38,740 nt of DNA from Gonapodya sp. JEL0774 (taxonomy: Eukaryota). A program made the position numbers and the translations under genes. The notes beneath the pieces are model-generated. The model did not search any database and was not told where the DNA came from. It saw only the letters and a list, made by a program, of their open reading frames with translations. The stretch spans positions 1-38,740 of the forward strand of contig JADIIX010000176.1 in the NCBI GenBank assembly GCA_027604505.1. The letters run 5' to 3'. Below are positions 12,233 to 25,517 of this stretch, piece after piece (the stretch's first letter is position 1; each line of letters opens with the position of its first letter).

Positions 12233-13569
12233 GGTTGGAGGGCAGCGGGTCGTAACACCGGCATGAGTGATGGAAGATCAAGATTTTATGGTGACCTTGC
12301 TAGTAGTTCTGTGTGAATAAACGTGCCAAAGCAATGTCATTCAATCAATGATAGTTTAATACTCTTCGATGGGCGCTGGAGGTTTGCAAGCGCGTTCAAG
12401 CACTGTTTCCATTATCTGTCACCGCAAAACGTTCAACTATGGAGGGACAACGGGGGTTGTTTGTGAAGCGTTGTACAACAGTCCCCCCCTCTGCAAATTT
12501 GACCATTGGACGTTTGACGAACATAACGGATTCATATTGGGTCTATATTTCATTCAGCAGCCACTCATGCTTGTGCTTCTGTACGATTCTCTTCGATAGA
12601 TCTTACTTTGACCAAATATTCTCGCAAGTCATTTCATTTCCCGTTGCGGTGAGCGTTTCGATGGAGGCTGCGTCCTCTCCAAGCATAGATGCCGATGTTC
12701 GAGTGCTTGTCTCGATTTCATTTTTCCGGATGCCTCCCAATCCCGCGCTTGACTCCCTTCAGCGTGTTTTCACATCTCAGCGCGTGACGCAATAATCACG
12801 CTCTCCACCACCTTCATTCCATCAAGCTTGGCGGACTCTCGATCAGCAGTGGGGCCACATTGCGGGAACACGATCGCTCGCACTCAAAAAGGTGAGCAAG
12901 TTAGGTTGCCGAGAATCACGAACAGATATCGGTACCATTCGTAGCAGAATTACGCACCTTGTCAGCGAGCGTCTGAAAGGTTCACAAGAACATGCTCATC
13001 CACAGTAACAAAACAGGTGCACAGCAGGCACATCAGCACAGCAGTACCGTGGTGATTATTGCAGGCAGAAACCAGCAGCTGTAATAACCCTTTCACAGAG
13101 AGACACACTGAGACAAGATTTCGTAAAGCGCAAGCCCCTCCGCTACAAACCTCTCCGCACAACTGGACATCAATGCAATTGCGTTCCCAATTTCGCCCAT
13201 TCGATCTCGGATAAAACGGAATATATCCCCATAACAAGGGCGCCAATAACCTTGACCGACCCTATTGATTTCCGCGGTTTATTGTTGCGGAGTCAGGTGG
13301 GGTGGTGGGAAGCCTGAATTTGCGTGACTGTGTTATTGGAAACTCCGAGGCTGTGGAAGCGGGCATTAGTGAGGGCGAAGGATACGCATGGCACGAAGAA
13401 TGGGAAGGAGGGCGATGAACACGGCGTCGGTAGACCGAACCAAAGCGTATGGCGAGTAGCGGGACGAAGCTGAACGAGTAAAGGATGTTGACAGGGCTCC
13501 TGGACACGTTGATGTCAAACGGGCATCCTCCAAAACTCACCCATAAAATGACAGCACAAAGTAACAATC

Positions 13570-14160
13570 CTCTTTCGGTTACCCATTCACAGTCTTGTCT
13601 CCTTCATCGACTTCATCGAACAGGGACGAAGGGCGGGGGAGTTGTGGGCGGCCAATCTACATTGGGATCGCATTTTGTGTGACTTTGCGGAGTGAACGAA
13701 GCCTCCATCGGAGGCAACAAACGCGTCAAGAACAGAACTACCACGAACAGCGATCTCGAAACCGCGGCGTGATCCTCTTTACCCACTCCAGCGTATATCT
13801 GGCCACTCAATCGATCGAAAAGTTAACCAGACACCGCCCCTTTTCTCGACGCTATCTGCACCCACCCCACTCTTGTGTCTTGTGAAACAGCTTACTCCTA
13901 AATGTTTTCTGCTTTCGAGTGTTTGTACGATCTCTCTTGCCAGTGCCATTGCGTTCGATGTCATTGGAGATGTTAATTTCGACAGAGGAAACGGGAATGG
14001 GGAATTGCAGATTGCCGTCCGACACTGGAGTGTTGGTGATTTGAAAAAGGAAGTTCATAGAGAGCAGAGCAGGGCTGCGTTATCGTCAGAGGAAGCACCG
14101 GACCACTCAACCGGCGGGAGTGCCGGCCAGATTGTTTCAGGTATTTGGTCCGGATTCATC
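13570..14160 (-). pseudogene. Possible decayed Zn2Cys6-type transcription factor remnant
   Basis: Frameshifted fragments MNPDQIPETIWP.../MNFLFQ...TRKQKTFR, a GTAAGC donor, then ASFTPQSHTKCD...RPCS...RQDCEW with stops. Only partly matches a Cys6 pattern. Confidence 0.2.
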
Positions 14161-14548
14161 TGAAACATGTGCCAGGTGATCGAGAAACGTGCGGCCTTCA
14201 GTACCACTATTCTCCTTCCTTCCTTCCAATGAGTCCCCGCCCCATCCAATTTACTCGGTCTATGCCTGTCAAGTGGCGAAACCAACCCACCTAAAAACGA
14301 CCATCTTCCCTCCCCATCCAACTTCCTTTGCTCACGAACAAATTACGTCGTATCGAGTGTCGAACTCTACACCTATATTATTTGTATGTATATAATTGCC
14401 TTTCAGTCACGGCGGTTTCGGTTTCACCGTCATAGTGCGGCACTTAGGGCAGGCAGAGACGGAGCTGGGACTTTCACTTCGACGTTCATTGGTACAAAAG
14501 GATCGCTTTACATAATAGTTTATATCTTTCTCTATTGATCCGTTCATA

Positions 14549-16140
14549 CTAATCGAGCGCATATTCTCCCTCATATATCTCCTCATTGCATTGGGGTAAA
14601 CTTATGAAATCTAAGTCAAAAGTGAAGGATTTTCTTGAACTTTGGAAGTTAAATTTGTCGCTAATGACAAATGATTCGAAAAGGGGGATATGAACAAAAT
14701 ACAGATTCTCCGTCAGAGCATAGTCCAAAGGCAAACCGAGGATCCCCCAATTATACCATGAACGAACAGCCAACCAAAAACTGATTTCTGTTTCACTCAT
14801 TTATTTTCAAGCCCCATGCTTTTCCCAAAAATGAGTAAATAGTGCAAAAGAACATGTCGAAATTCCAAAATATTTCGTTTTCGATGTTGAGGCTCAAGGG
14901 TGATGGCTCGGGCACTGCCTCTCCCTTCAAACCCCAAGTACAAGCACCGTCGTTGCTTATCGCGACCGCTCAGGTACTGATTTGCTTCCGACATCTGGGA
15001 ATTCTTCGCTTGGAGAGGCCTTGCTTGTTTCTGAAGTTTTCAATTGTATCAGGCTACTCTCTGCGTGTGGAGTAGTATGCCAGCACCCTCTAGTGGCTCA
15101 TCTGAGAAAAGTATCTGCACATCTGTAGACACACGGTCCACCGAGCTGGTAGAGCTCTCCACACTTTGCAGAGAGGGAGATAGGACATGGTAGGTACCGC
15201 TGAGCTGGAATGGTGTAGGCTACAAAAGAGTGTTGGCAACTGTTGTCATTGAATATATGTCTGGAGTTCAGAAAAATCAACTGATTCATTCATTTGCGGA
15301 ACTGGGAATCCACTTGTGTGCAGCACTTTGGGTCCTCAAAGTATGCATCTCAGCAAAAGCTTCCAGATAATCCACTACTAGGGTCCATGAGCGATAAGGC
15401 GACGAAGTCACAGTACGAACAGATATAAATTCACATACAGGAACTCTGGCGCATGCGAAGCCCTCAAAAACTTTGTCGACGTTCATAGAACAGTCGGCTC
15501 CAGACTTTCCAACGTCAAGACGCAACTCAATACTATTGATGCAACCTTCGGGGAAGATTCCATTTGATACTGCAGCTAAGGCACTTCGGTCGTGTCAGAC
15601 GGTCTTCCCAGAGAATCACACACAAAGAGGAAAGAGGCAAGTGTGCGTCATATGTCACGAAGTTTCATTGTTGAGAGCAGACCCTGAACCGATGAAAGTC
15701 CGGAGTACTGAATGGTAGCTTGAAAACCGCTTCCAGGCCCAGTTTCCAACCACCAGCTTCTGTTCAAAGCACTCTCTGCCATCATAGTAAGGAGCGCCGA
15801 TTTCTTTTCATCCGCTGGATGAAATGAACGGTCTGGTGGAAGGAAGACCAATGTGGTACACAGAGGAGAGAGAAAGCCATTCGAATACACTTGGCTACAC
15901 CATGGAAAAGAGTCTCGCTGAGCAAGAGAAACCCTCGAACTCAGAATAGCGTGCATTGTCAGGAAAGTCGGGACGTTATGCTAAGATGCTTTTCTGTTCT
16001 TGTTCCCTCAGAACGCTCACCCACGAGTTGCCTCACTCGTCGAAGTTGAAACTCGGCCAGAGTCAGGAGAGTGTCATTACTTCAAAGTTTGCTTGTGGGC
16101 GAGGCAAGTGAAGGATCGTTGATGGACACATCCTCATGCT
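14549..16140 (-). pseudogene. Possible decayed lineage-specific (F-box-like) gene
   Basis: Chain of short, protein-like minus-strand ORFs broken by stops. The 5' part reads SKL*SNDTLLTLAEF..RRVRQLV (stop at 16082-16084), followed by a GTGAGC donor. Confidence 0.25.
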
Positions 16141-16194
16141 GGGGCCTTCAACGTAGTCCGGCCTCCGTATTGCAAATTGTAACAACACTCAAAA

Positions 16195-18233
16195 ATGGAC
16201 GACGATGACTTCATGGTGAGAAAATTCACTGGATCAGGATCGCCCACCATGCTCCTTATTCTCCCCGTCTCCGCTTGTTGGATTCATCGTGGTTTCCTGC
16301 GCCTTGACAAACTTCTTTCAATTCCACCGTCCACTTGCCCTCATCAGGTTGAGGACAACGACGAGGACTTCGACTTTGAGTATGAAGATGAAGAAGAAGA
16401 GGATGGAGCGGATGTGGGGCTCGAGAACAAGTACTACAATGCCAAGGGTATGCTTGAAGTCGTGTCTCAGGACATGTAATACCTCAGGTTTCACGTTCTT
16501 TGATTGATTAGGTCTGAAGGAAGACAATCCCGAGAAGGCTCTGAAGGAGTTCCAGGGTGTGGTGGACGCTGAGGGATCCGACAAAGGCGACTGGTTGGTA
16601 GGAGTAATGTCAAACCTGGAAACCACCCCAACTCGAATCGTTCGTTTGTTGTTAAAACCCAGGGGCTTCAAAGCTCTGAAGCAAATGGTGAAAGTAACAT
16701 TCAAGATGGAGGACTATGCCAGCTGCCTCAAGCACTACCAAAAGCTACTGGGTTTTACTAAAACAATCACTCGTAATTACGCCGAGAAGTCGATAAATAA
16801 CACCCTGGACTTCGTGAGCGGCTCGGGTGATATGGATTTCCTGGAGAATTTCTACTCTACGACTCTCGTCGCTCTCGAAGAGGCCAAGAATGATGTGCGT
16901 TTTGCGAACGAGAACCCGACTGGAGTTTGGTTCCACTGATGTATAAACTCTGATATGGGTCATTTTCTTCGGCAGCGCCTTTGGACGAAAACAAATTTGA
17001 AGCTCGCCAAGTTGTGGCTCGATCGACAAGAGTACAACCGCCTCAACCGAATCCTCCGTCAACTCCACCAGAACGTGCAAAATGACGATGGCTCGGATGA
17101 TCAGCGAAAGGGGACTTTACTACTGGAAATTTTCGCTATTGAGATCCAGATGCATACGGAGACTCGAAACAACAAGAAACTCAAGCAACTTTACCACCAG
17201 TGTTTGGGTGTGAAATCAGCAATCCCACATCCGCGTATCATGGGAGTAATTCGCGAATGTGGTGGTAAAATGCACATGGGGGAGAAAGAATGGGAGAAGG
17301 CTCAAACAGATTTCTTCGAGGCATTCAAAAATTACGATGAGGCGGGGAGCCCTCAAAGAATACAATGTCTCAAGTGAGTTGACGTCGCAAATTTACAAGC
17401 CTGTCGAACTGCCGCCTGCTTTGGCACATCTAAATGGATTCCGCCCCCCACAGGTATCTGGTTTTGGCGAACATGCTCACTGAGTCGCAAATCAACCCTT
17501 TCGACTCTCAGGAAACGAAGCCGTAAGTTGGGGGATGCTTTCTTCTGTTTTACTCACTGACTGAGCCATGTTGACTCCATCGAATCCCTAGGTACAAGAA
17601 TGACTCCCAAATTGCTGCCATGACCAACTTGGTGAACGCATATCAGAGGAAAGACATTCGAGAGTTCGAGAAAATTTTGAAAGGTTTGATAAAGATTGTG
17701 CTATGATTCGCCCTCGCCCTCGAAAGCTCATTTGACGTGCTCGCCTTTCCAGAAAACCGAGAAAGCATAATGGGCGATAGCTTCATCCGACAATATATCG
17801 ATGACGTTCTTCGAAATATCCGGTTGCAGGTGGTAATCCGGCTAATCAAGCCGTATACCCGAATCGAGATCCCGTTTGTTTCGAAGGTGAGCGACATCCC
17901 GTCGCGATACAAGCGATTGAAAGTCTTACCCAGCGAATCTTTTCAGCATCTCAATGTCTCAAATCCCGAGGTCGAAGAACTTTTGGTCAGTTTGATTTTG
18001 GACCAAAAGATAGAAGGGAGGATCGACCAAGTGAACCAAACTCTGGAACTGCAACGAGAGGCGGCTGGTGATCTGCATGCGGGATTAGACAAGTGGTCAA
18101 ACCAGGTAGGGAATCTGTACAAAACAGTGTGAGTATTTGTGTTTGTGCATCGGTAAATCACGCCACTGACACACTTCGGTTGACTGATAACTTATCCCAA
18201 AAACAAATTTGTAGTATAAACAAATGTGTATGA
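16195..18233 (+). CDS. CSN2: COP9 signalosome subunit 2 (PCI domain), 9 introns
   Basis: [105 protein letters not shown] and LIKPYTRI. All exons join through GT-AG introns. Confidence 0.96.
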
Positions 18234-18335
18234 AATATCACCAAATAATAATAGGAAGTGAATTGCAAAGAGGGATCCCAAAAGACTTTGCGATCTTGCA
18301 GGAAGTCGGCACTGACCTGAACACACAGCACGACC

Positions 18336-21300
18336 ATGAAGCTCACGCTTGAGGAGGCATATCTGGAGCTGGGTGTGGCTGAAAACTCGACGCTACAGGA
18401 ATGCAAGACTGCTTACAAGCGCATGGCGCTTATACATCATCCTGATAAGAACCCGGGTCCGTATTTCCGATCACCACGTTTTTTCGTAGTTTGATTTACA
18501 ACGTAGCTCATCATTTGCAACAAAAAATGACTGCTCAACGACTCATAACTATCTAATGCTGCTATAGATAACGTCGAGGAGGCGAAGCTGAAGTTCCAGA
18601 GAGTTGCAACAGCATATCAGAAACTCGAGAAGCACCACAGTGGAGCACCTGACTCTGACAGCGAGGGCGACGATGGAGATATGGTAAGTCGGCAATGATT
18701 CATCATGAGTTTTTGTTTGGAGTGACCCTGAACTCCCACTGGAACTCCCTCAGTTTGCGATGGACCTCTTCTCCATGTTGTTTGCAGATTTATTGAGTGA
18801 GACTCACTGAAGAATGCTCTATCGAGATTATAAGGCACTAAGTTGTATCTCTCTTTTGTTGAGGTGGTCCACGCTCTCGCCGAGGTGGTGGTGCTCGGGG
18901 GGGTGAGCTCGATAACTTTAACCCGACTTCCCATGACCACTCTGACAGTTATCTCTACCACTCGCAAATTTAAAGATTCTTTCTTTTCTCCTTTTGGTGG
19001 CTTCGATGGAATGGGGGGACTCGGCGGTGGGGAGCGAGTCGTCTTTGTCAACGGAGTTCCCATGGTGTTGGGCGGCGGCAGCGATAATCGACGTAGGGGT
19101 CCTACCACTGGCTTCAGGGGTCGAGGTGGACAATCGAGCGGATCTCGAGGTCGCGGGAGAGGTGCGACACGTGGCGGAGCCAGGAGTGACTTCCGCGGTG
19201 GATTTGGTGCAGGATTCCCTGGCGGTTTCCCGAGTTTTGGCGGACCCTTCGGTAGCGCTTTTGGTATGGACGATGACGAAGACTTTTTCGACTTCGAGTT
19301 CGACAGCGATGACGATGACATGGAGAGCGATAGCTACACAACAGACGAGGACAGTGATGATGAAGACATGGACGAGGAACCGCAATTCACAAGCCATCCA
19401 GCGAACGCTAGTGGGACTGGGCAATCGAGAATGGATCAGGCGCAAGAAGCAGAACGACTGCGTGAAGACAAAGTAGAGAAAGCCGCAAAGGGTGGGTGAA
19501 GTCGATCAAATGTTGTAGTCACTGAGGTGGCATCTGCCTTCATTGATTGAAACCAACATATACTGCATGCAGTTGAAAAAGAACGTCTCGCAAGACAGGA
19601 GAAGGAGAAGCAACGAGAAGCTGCCAAACGAGAGGCTGGTGGGTCTAGCGATATGCAACTCTTCCATACTAAACTAATATTCAGACTTGCTTGTTCTGTG
19701 GATCAGTCCGCAAGATGCAAGAACCGAGATCGTCTGCTTTCCGACAGGCTGAAAATGGAGATGTTGAGGCTCTTCGTGCGTCTCTCGCTAACCATAAAGT
19801 GCGGGTGACAGGTTTTGAGATCAACGATCGAACGGGATACGAGCGAAATGATGGCCTAGGAGAGACATTACTTCATGTTGCGTGTCGAATCGGATCAGTG
19901 GCGATGGTTGAGATGCTTTTAGATGAAGGTGAACAGTTGTGCTCCACTGAGGGCAGCTCAGACGTTGAGTTTCATGAAAGAAACCACCTTCATTGATAGG
20001 GGCAACCTTGACGGATCACGACACGCAAAGTCGACTTCCGACTCACGTCGCGGTGATTCATGGTCATGTCGAGGTTGTACGAGTCCTTCTGGATCGTGGT
20101 GCAAGCATAGATCCAAGAGACGGTCAGAAGAGAACACCCTTGTTTCTGGCGGCAGTTTTTGGTCAAGTTGAGACGTTCAAATTCCTGCTTCAGCGGGGAG
20201 CTCGTGTCGGTGTGACGGACGCCAGTGGGAAGAACAGTATGTTGTCCGCATTCGAGTTTGTCGTCACGCCCGAGACGAATTGCTGAACTAGGCTTTCAGT
20301 CAAGGACACGATCGATGCGGAACTGCGGCAGGGCACGAAGCGGAGATCTACTCAGGCACTTCGAGATATCCTGGCTCTCCTGACTGTATCCATCCCCAAG
20401 CCACAACCAAAAGCAAAGGCCAAGAAAAAACAATTCGATACTCAGGTAACTGTCAAAAGCCTGTTTGACATCGAGAGATCTTATTAAACGATGCGATGCT
20501 GCAACAGTTGCAACGTCAACTTTCGGAACAGCGAGCGGCGGTGGAAGCTGAACGAGATCGGCTCGAAGAAGAAAGCATTCGAAGAGAAGCTGAAAGGGAT
20601 GAAATGGAGGTCCGTTTGCGAGAGGAAGAACAACAACGGGTTCTGCAGGAAGAGGAGGAACGAAATGCATTTGAAATCCAGGAACAAGATAAGCGGAACC
20701 AAGCTGATGCCGAGGCGCTTAAATGTGCGGAGACAAAATTGCGAGCGCAGCAAGCGAATGTCGCGAAGACGGAACAACGACTTGGAACAAAGGCGGCACA
20801 GGGTAACCAGGCGAATAACGGCGTCAAGGCCCAGAATCAACATGATCAAGGCAACCATATTGAATCATTAAAGTCCGGGTCGAGTCAAAGCTCTCGAATT
20901 GCTCCAGTCAAAGGCAAGAAGAGAACTGGGAACGAAGCGCCGGCAGCCACAACCACGCGATCGGCCACGCTGTCACCTTCATCCATCATGGAACCCGCCC
21001 ATCAAATGAGATTTGAATCTAATGCGTCTAAGGCGACCGTGCGGGGAGCATCTCCTTCGCCAGAGGATGCCTCTGCGATGATCTTTGACGCCGACCTTGC
21101 AGGTCTTGTTGGTATGGGATTCAGCGTGACTAGTGCTTCGCAGTCCCTGAAAGAGACAGGAGATTTTCATCGTGCTTTGGAGAAGTTGTTAATATCAGTG
21201 GATACCTTAGTGCGTGAAGAGACGGCTCCCGCCGAACCAGAACGTGCTGCACGCGCTCGTGAGGAAGGGGGTGAATACTTGTATGCTGAAGCTCCGCTGG

Positions 21301-21745
21301 CGGACTTTGATACGCCTGACTTGATGGCTGAAGATGCAGGTGGAACCAACAATTCGACGTTCTGGGTGGGTGCCGAATCCATTGCGAACGTGCCAGTGGC
21401 AATCGACAAGTTGATTTTTTGTAGAAGGCGCAGCTGAAGTACGGAACAGATTACGGCCCTTCATTTTCCAATGGTCAGCCTTCGCTTAGAGCAACCAAAC
21501 AAACCGTGGATGGGGGCGTTGTGCCGCCTTCCAGTGATCCTGACCATTCCATGCCTCTGTTGAATGGATCTACCACACGCCGAGACTTGCCCTCTTCCCG
21601 TTCCTTGCGACCATGTCACTTCTGGGCACAAGGGACATGTGCGAGGGGTGATAGTTGCACCTTTTCGCATTCCACCCTCCCGGAGCGGTCGACAAGTAAG
21701 GGAAGAGGTGCAAATGGAACGAGATTCCGCGGACGTGGCAGGTGA
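18336..21745 (+). CDS. Multidomain J-protein: DnaJ - RGG/GF-rich - acidic - coiled coil - ankyrin repeats - coiled coil - UBA - CCCH zinc finger
   Basis: J-domain with HPD (YKRMALIHHPDKNP); ankyrin repeats GETLLHVAC.., RLPTHVAVIHGH.. and RTPLFLAAVFGQ..; UBA-like LVGMGFS..ALEKLL; C-x7-C-x5-C-x3-H (CHFWAQGTCARGDSCTFSH). Most junctions were checked by hand and keep the frame. Confidence 0.8.
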
Positions 21746-22079
21746 TGGTGCCGAAACGTCGTAACTGCACACTCTGAATGCACAGTTTCGCCGCATAAAA
21801 GGCATATTCGCGTTGTAGATACAATTCCAATGTCTTCCAATATCTTTCAAATATCAGACATTATTGTAGACTCTCGAAGGCATGCATTGTGTGACAGTAA
21901 ATGAGGAACTTTTTGCTGGGTGGGGGCTGATCCTCGAAGTCCTGTTCCGATTTCGAAATTTTACAACCCCCTTTGTCCGCTTTCGGTTCAACGAAACAGA
22001 GCACCCCGTGTATCCCATCGAGGCGCTCTGCCCACCCGCAGCTGTCTCAGCTGCGAGCATCGACGGACTTCGCCGCCAC

Positions 22080-23097
22080 ATGGCTGCACCCCTTCAAGAC
22101 CCATCGATTAGTACTCCGCTGGCTCCTCAGCCACGGAAACCCGGCCGCCCAACTCCCTACGTCTTCCCATTAACACTTCCGCGGGTATCGACTCCCAGTC
22201 AAGCCCCGAAACCTCGACGAAGCCGGCTCTTCGGGAATCCGAGGCGAGGGTCCGCGGCATCTCTCGAAAGCGAGGGATCTGTGGAAGAGGACGTGTGAGC
22301 TCAACGAGCGACTTCTTTTGTCTTTGATGGCAGTCATGTTTTTTTGCGATCCTCGGATGCCCAGAACCTTCGAGAATGACGCATTTGCAGAGTTTCTATC
22401 CCTCATATACTCCCGTCCCGCCGCCATCGTGGAATCTCTTTCGGGACAACGAAACCACCATGGTATACCTCCTCTTATTCGCCGAAAATCAAGCGTACCC
22501 AAAATCTTCATGACTGCGGATGACGAAGATGGAGCACCTCCCCCCCAAATCAGTGACATCGCCGGACGTCCTGAACTTAATCGTACACCATTCCGTCCAG
22601 AACCTGCGCAGAACAGCAAGAAAGAGGAATCTGGATCGCAGACGTTTTGTGAGTCTCTTGGAGGCTGTCTTTGTTCTTGTAGATGGACTAGGCTCTCACA
22701 AACAGGGTTTGGTGGCCCAGCTGTTTCATCTCCAATAACACGTGCCAGAAACCCTGTGGCATTGAACAGTCCTTTCACACAGAGGAAGAGAGCCGTGGGC
22801 AATGAAAGTGTCCAGCCCCTACGGATCCAGCCGTTAAAGGCCGATTACTCTTCGCAGCCATCCCCTGTGGGTCCACCTAACGGTGCGGAACTGGGGCTAT
22901 TGGCTCCATCACCTCCCCCAATGGAGATTTACATGCACGGTGCAGCCCATGTCCCCCCCCGACAGGTTGAAACCATGAAAACTGTTCCGCTTAAGTCATC
23001 TGTGGAGGAAAAGGGTGGATCATCAAAACCGAACTACCGAGGTCGTTCTCTCAGCGCCGGTGACATATTTTCAAAACTGTTTCGCCAGGCCCCCTGA
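22080..23097 (+). CDS. Hypothetical P/S/R-rich, probably disordered protein
   Basis: ATG at 22080; an in-phase intron at 22295-22364 joins two ORFs; second intron from about 22649. Contains basophilic kinase-type motifs RRGS, RRKSS and RGRSLS. Confidence 0.6.
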
Positions 23098-23197
23098 AAA
23101 CGTGCCCGACATGTAAGAAGAACTGTACATAGACTACTGCATTCTGAGCATCTATTTTTCGGCAATAAATTTGAGCTGTTTGATTGGATTCGAAGAC

Positions 23198-23230
23198 GGT
23201 GGTTTTAGTGGTTCGGTGGTTCGGTGGTTC
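23198..23230 (+). repeat. Four near-tandem RGTGGTTY octamers upstream of RPN5
   Basis: GGTGGTTT-T-AGTGGTTC-GGTGGTTC-GGTGGTTC, ending 68 bp before the ATG at 23299. Confidence 0.7.
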
Positions 23231-23298
23231 TGTCAGCGTGGTGCCGTTGGACTGTTTGCCTTCAACTTGCGCTACCGAACACTTTCCTTTGAATTAGA

Positions 23299-25464
23299 AT
23301 GGCGGACACATTCACGGAACCCAAGGTGTTTCCTCTATGTGATCGCACTGCTGTTTTTCGATCAAAGTTTTGACCGCTGCCTTCTCGTCCTGTTGGTTGT
23401 TGCCCATAATTACTAGATTGAGAAGGACTGGAGCAAGGAGGTCGATGAGATTCTCCCGAAAGCAGCGGCAATTGCTAAGGTGTGCCTTTGTGTTTTAATG
23501 CTTTCCCGTATTACAATTTAATCAATCTCTTTCTCCAAACGGCGGCATCAGGATTCCAAACTACAAGAAGCGCTGGAGCTCCTGCTGGCACTCGAGAAGC
23601 AAACTCGAAGCGTATGTCGTGAATTTAAAAGAATCTAAGTTAGGCAATTGCGCTGAAGGACTGCGGTGTTAGTCTGCAGACGTTTTGTCGAATGGGAGGG
23701 TCCTCATTCAAATCGTCTCCCTAATTCACGAGGCCAAGGATTGGAAGCTTCTTAACGAGTATGTCACACTGCTGTCAAAGAAGCATGGTTTGTTGAAGGC
23801 GGTAGGTAATGGCTCGCTTACTTTACGTTCGAACGAGGCTTCTCTCCAACTGATTTACAATTGATTTAACCGAACCTCGCAGGCGGTTTCCAAAATGGTT
23901 CAGCAAGCTATGTCATATTTGGACACAACTCCTGACAAGTCCACGAAGTTGGAGCTGATTGAGACCTTGAGAACTGTTACGGAAGGAAAGGTGGGAGTTT
24001 AAAGCACACAATTTCTGTTCTGAAACGTCCCTCATTTATTGGCACACAGATTTTCGTGGAAGTAGAGCGCGCACGTCTCACTCGCATGTTGTCCAAAATG
24101 AAAGAGGATGAGGGCAATATCAACGATGCTACCGAGATACTTCATGAGTTGCAGGTGAGGAGATGTTCTACCTTTGTGCGCTATCAGAAATTTTCCGACT
24201 GTTTGTCCTTCCGTGTTTAGGTTGAAACCTTCGGCTCCATGGATCGCAGAGAAAAGACGGATTTCATCCTTGAGCAAATGCGACTGAGTCTGTTGAAGCG
24301 AGACTTCACGCGACTCCAAATAATTAGTCGCAAAATCAGTATTAAGTACTTCGACGATGTGGCGAATGAGGTTGGCTCTTTTCTCTGTTCTCGGCACCGT
24401 CCTTAACAATTGAAAGGCACCATCGGTTGCCAGGATCTGAAACTGCGATTCTATGAGATTATGATTCAACACGCATTGCACGAGGAAAACTTTCTCAATG
24501 CTACGAAGTACTATCGTCAAGTTTACAACTCAAAAACTGTCAAAGACGATGACGCTAAATGGACTGAGGTAAACGAGAAAAGTAACACTGGTGTCAGTCA
24601 CAATCGTGACATCTTAGTTGCAGGTCCTGAAGAATGTGGTTTTCTTTATTGTCCTCTCTCCCTACGATAACGAACAATCTGACCTCATTCACCGGATCGA
24701 TGAAGACGTGAAATTGGCTCAGTTACCTGTCTACAAGTACGTTCAAGAGTACACCGCAAGCGATGATTGACACTCACTTTTTATACATTTAGAGAGTTCT
24801 TGAAAAACTTTATCACACACGAGCTAATGCGTTGGCCCAAAATTGTCGAAATATACAGTGCTGACGTTCGCAACTCGTATGTGTTCGACGCAAAGACCGA
24901 AGACGGAAAGAAGCGATGGGACTTCCTCCATAAACGAGTCATTGAACATGTGAGCGAGCAAGCGTGCGATATTGCAATTTTCAGACTTCCGTGTAAAACC
25001 CTTTCTGTCGCTAATTCAGAATATCCGCGTGGTTGCTAAATATTACCAGAGAATTACATTCAAGCGACTGACTCAATTGCTGGACTTGTCACCAACGGTG
25101 TGTTAACGCGTTTTTCTATGCGCAGAGCGACTTGATGCCTGAGAAATGATCTTCCTGCAGGAAACGGAGGAGTACCTTTCAAAGCTAGTAGTGTCCAAAA
25201 CCATACATGCTCGTCTCGATCGGCCCGCAGGCATTGTCAGTTTTGTTACAAAGAAGGACCCTAACAGTGTTCTTACTGCATGGTCGCATAGTGTTAACGA
25301 AGTCCTGGAACTTATTGCAAAGGTGATATACGACCTCTTCCGTGCCCATTATCAAGTACTCATGTTGCCCCCCATACTGCAAATTATAGACAACGCACTT
25401 GATTGCGAAGGAGGAGATCGTTCATAGTGCCAAGCTCAGTAAACGGGTAGGGATAGCGGAATAG
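23299..25464 (+). CDS. RPN5: 26S proteasome lid subunit Rpn5/PSMD12, about 12 introns
   Basis: [109 protein letters not shown] and HLIAKEE. Confidence 0.96.
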
Positions 25465-25517
25465 GGCATTCATTGTATATATACATTCATCCATCAACAC
25501 AAGCAAGCATCAATCAT

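Noticed and set aside
18617..19445. Long antisense ORFs (234 aa and 175 aa) over the J-protein gene, and similar ones over other genes
   Set aside because: These are shadow ORFs of GC-rich, low-complexity coding exons and carry no independent motifs.
16195..25464. Two PCI-domain genes (CSN2 and RPN5) close together as a cluster
   Set aside because: They are ancient subunits of different complexes and not each other's cognate paralogues; chance proximity in a dense genome is enough to explain it.
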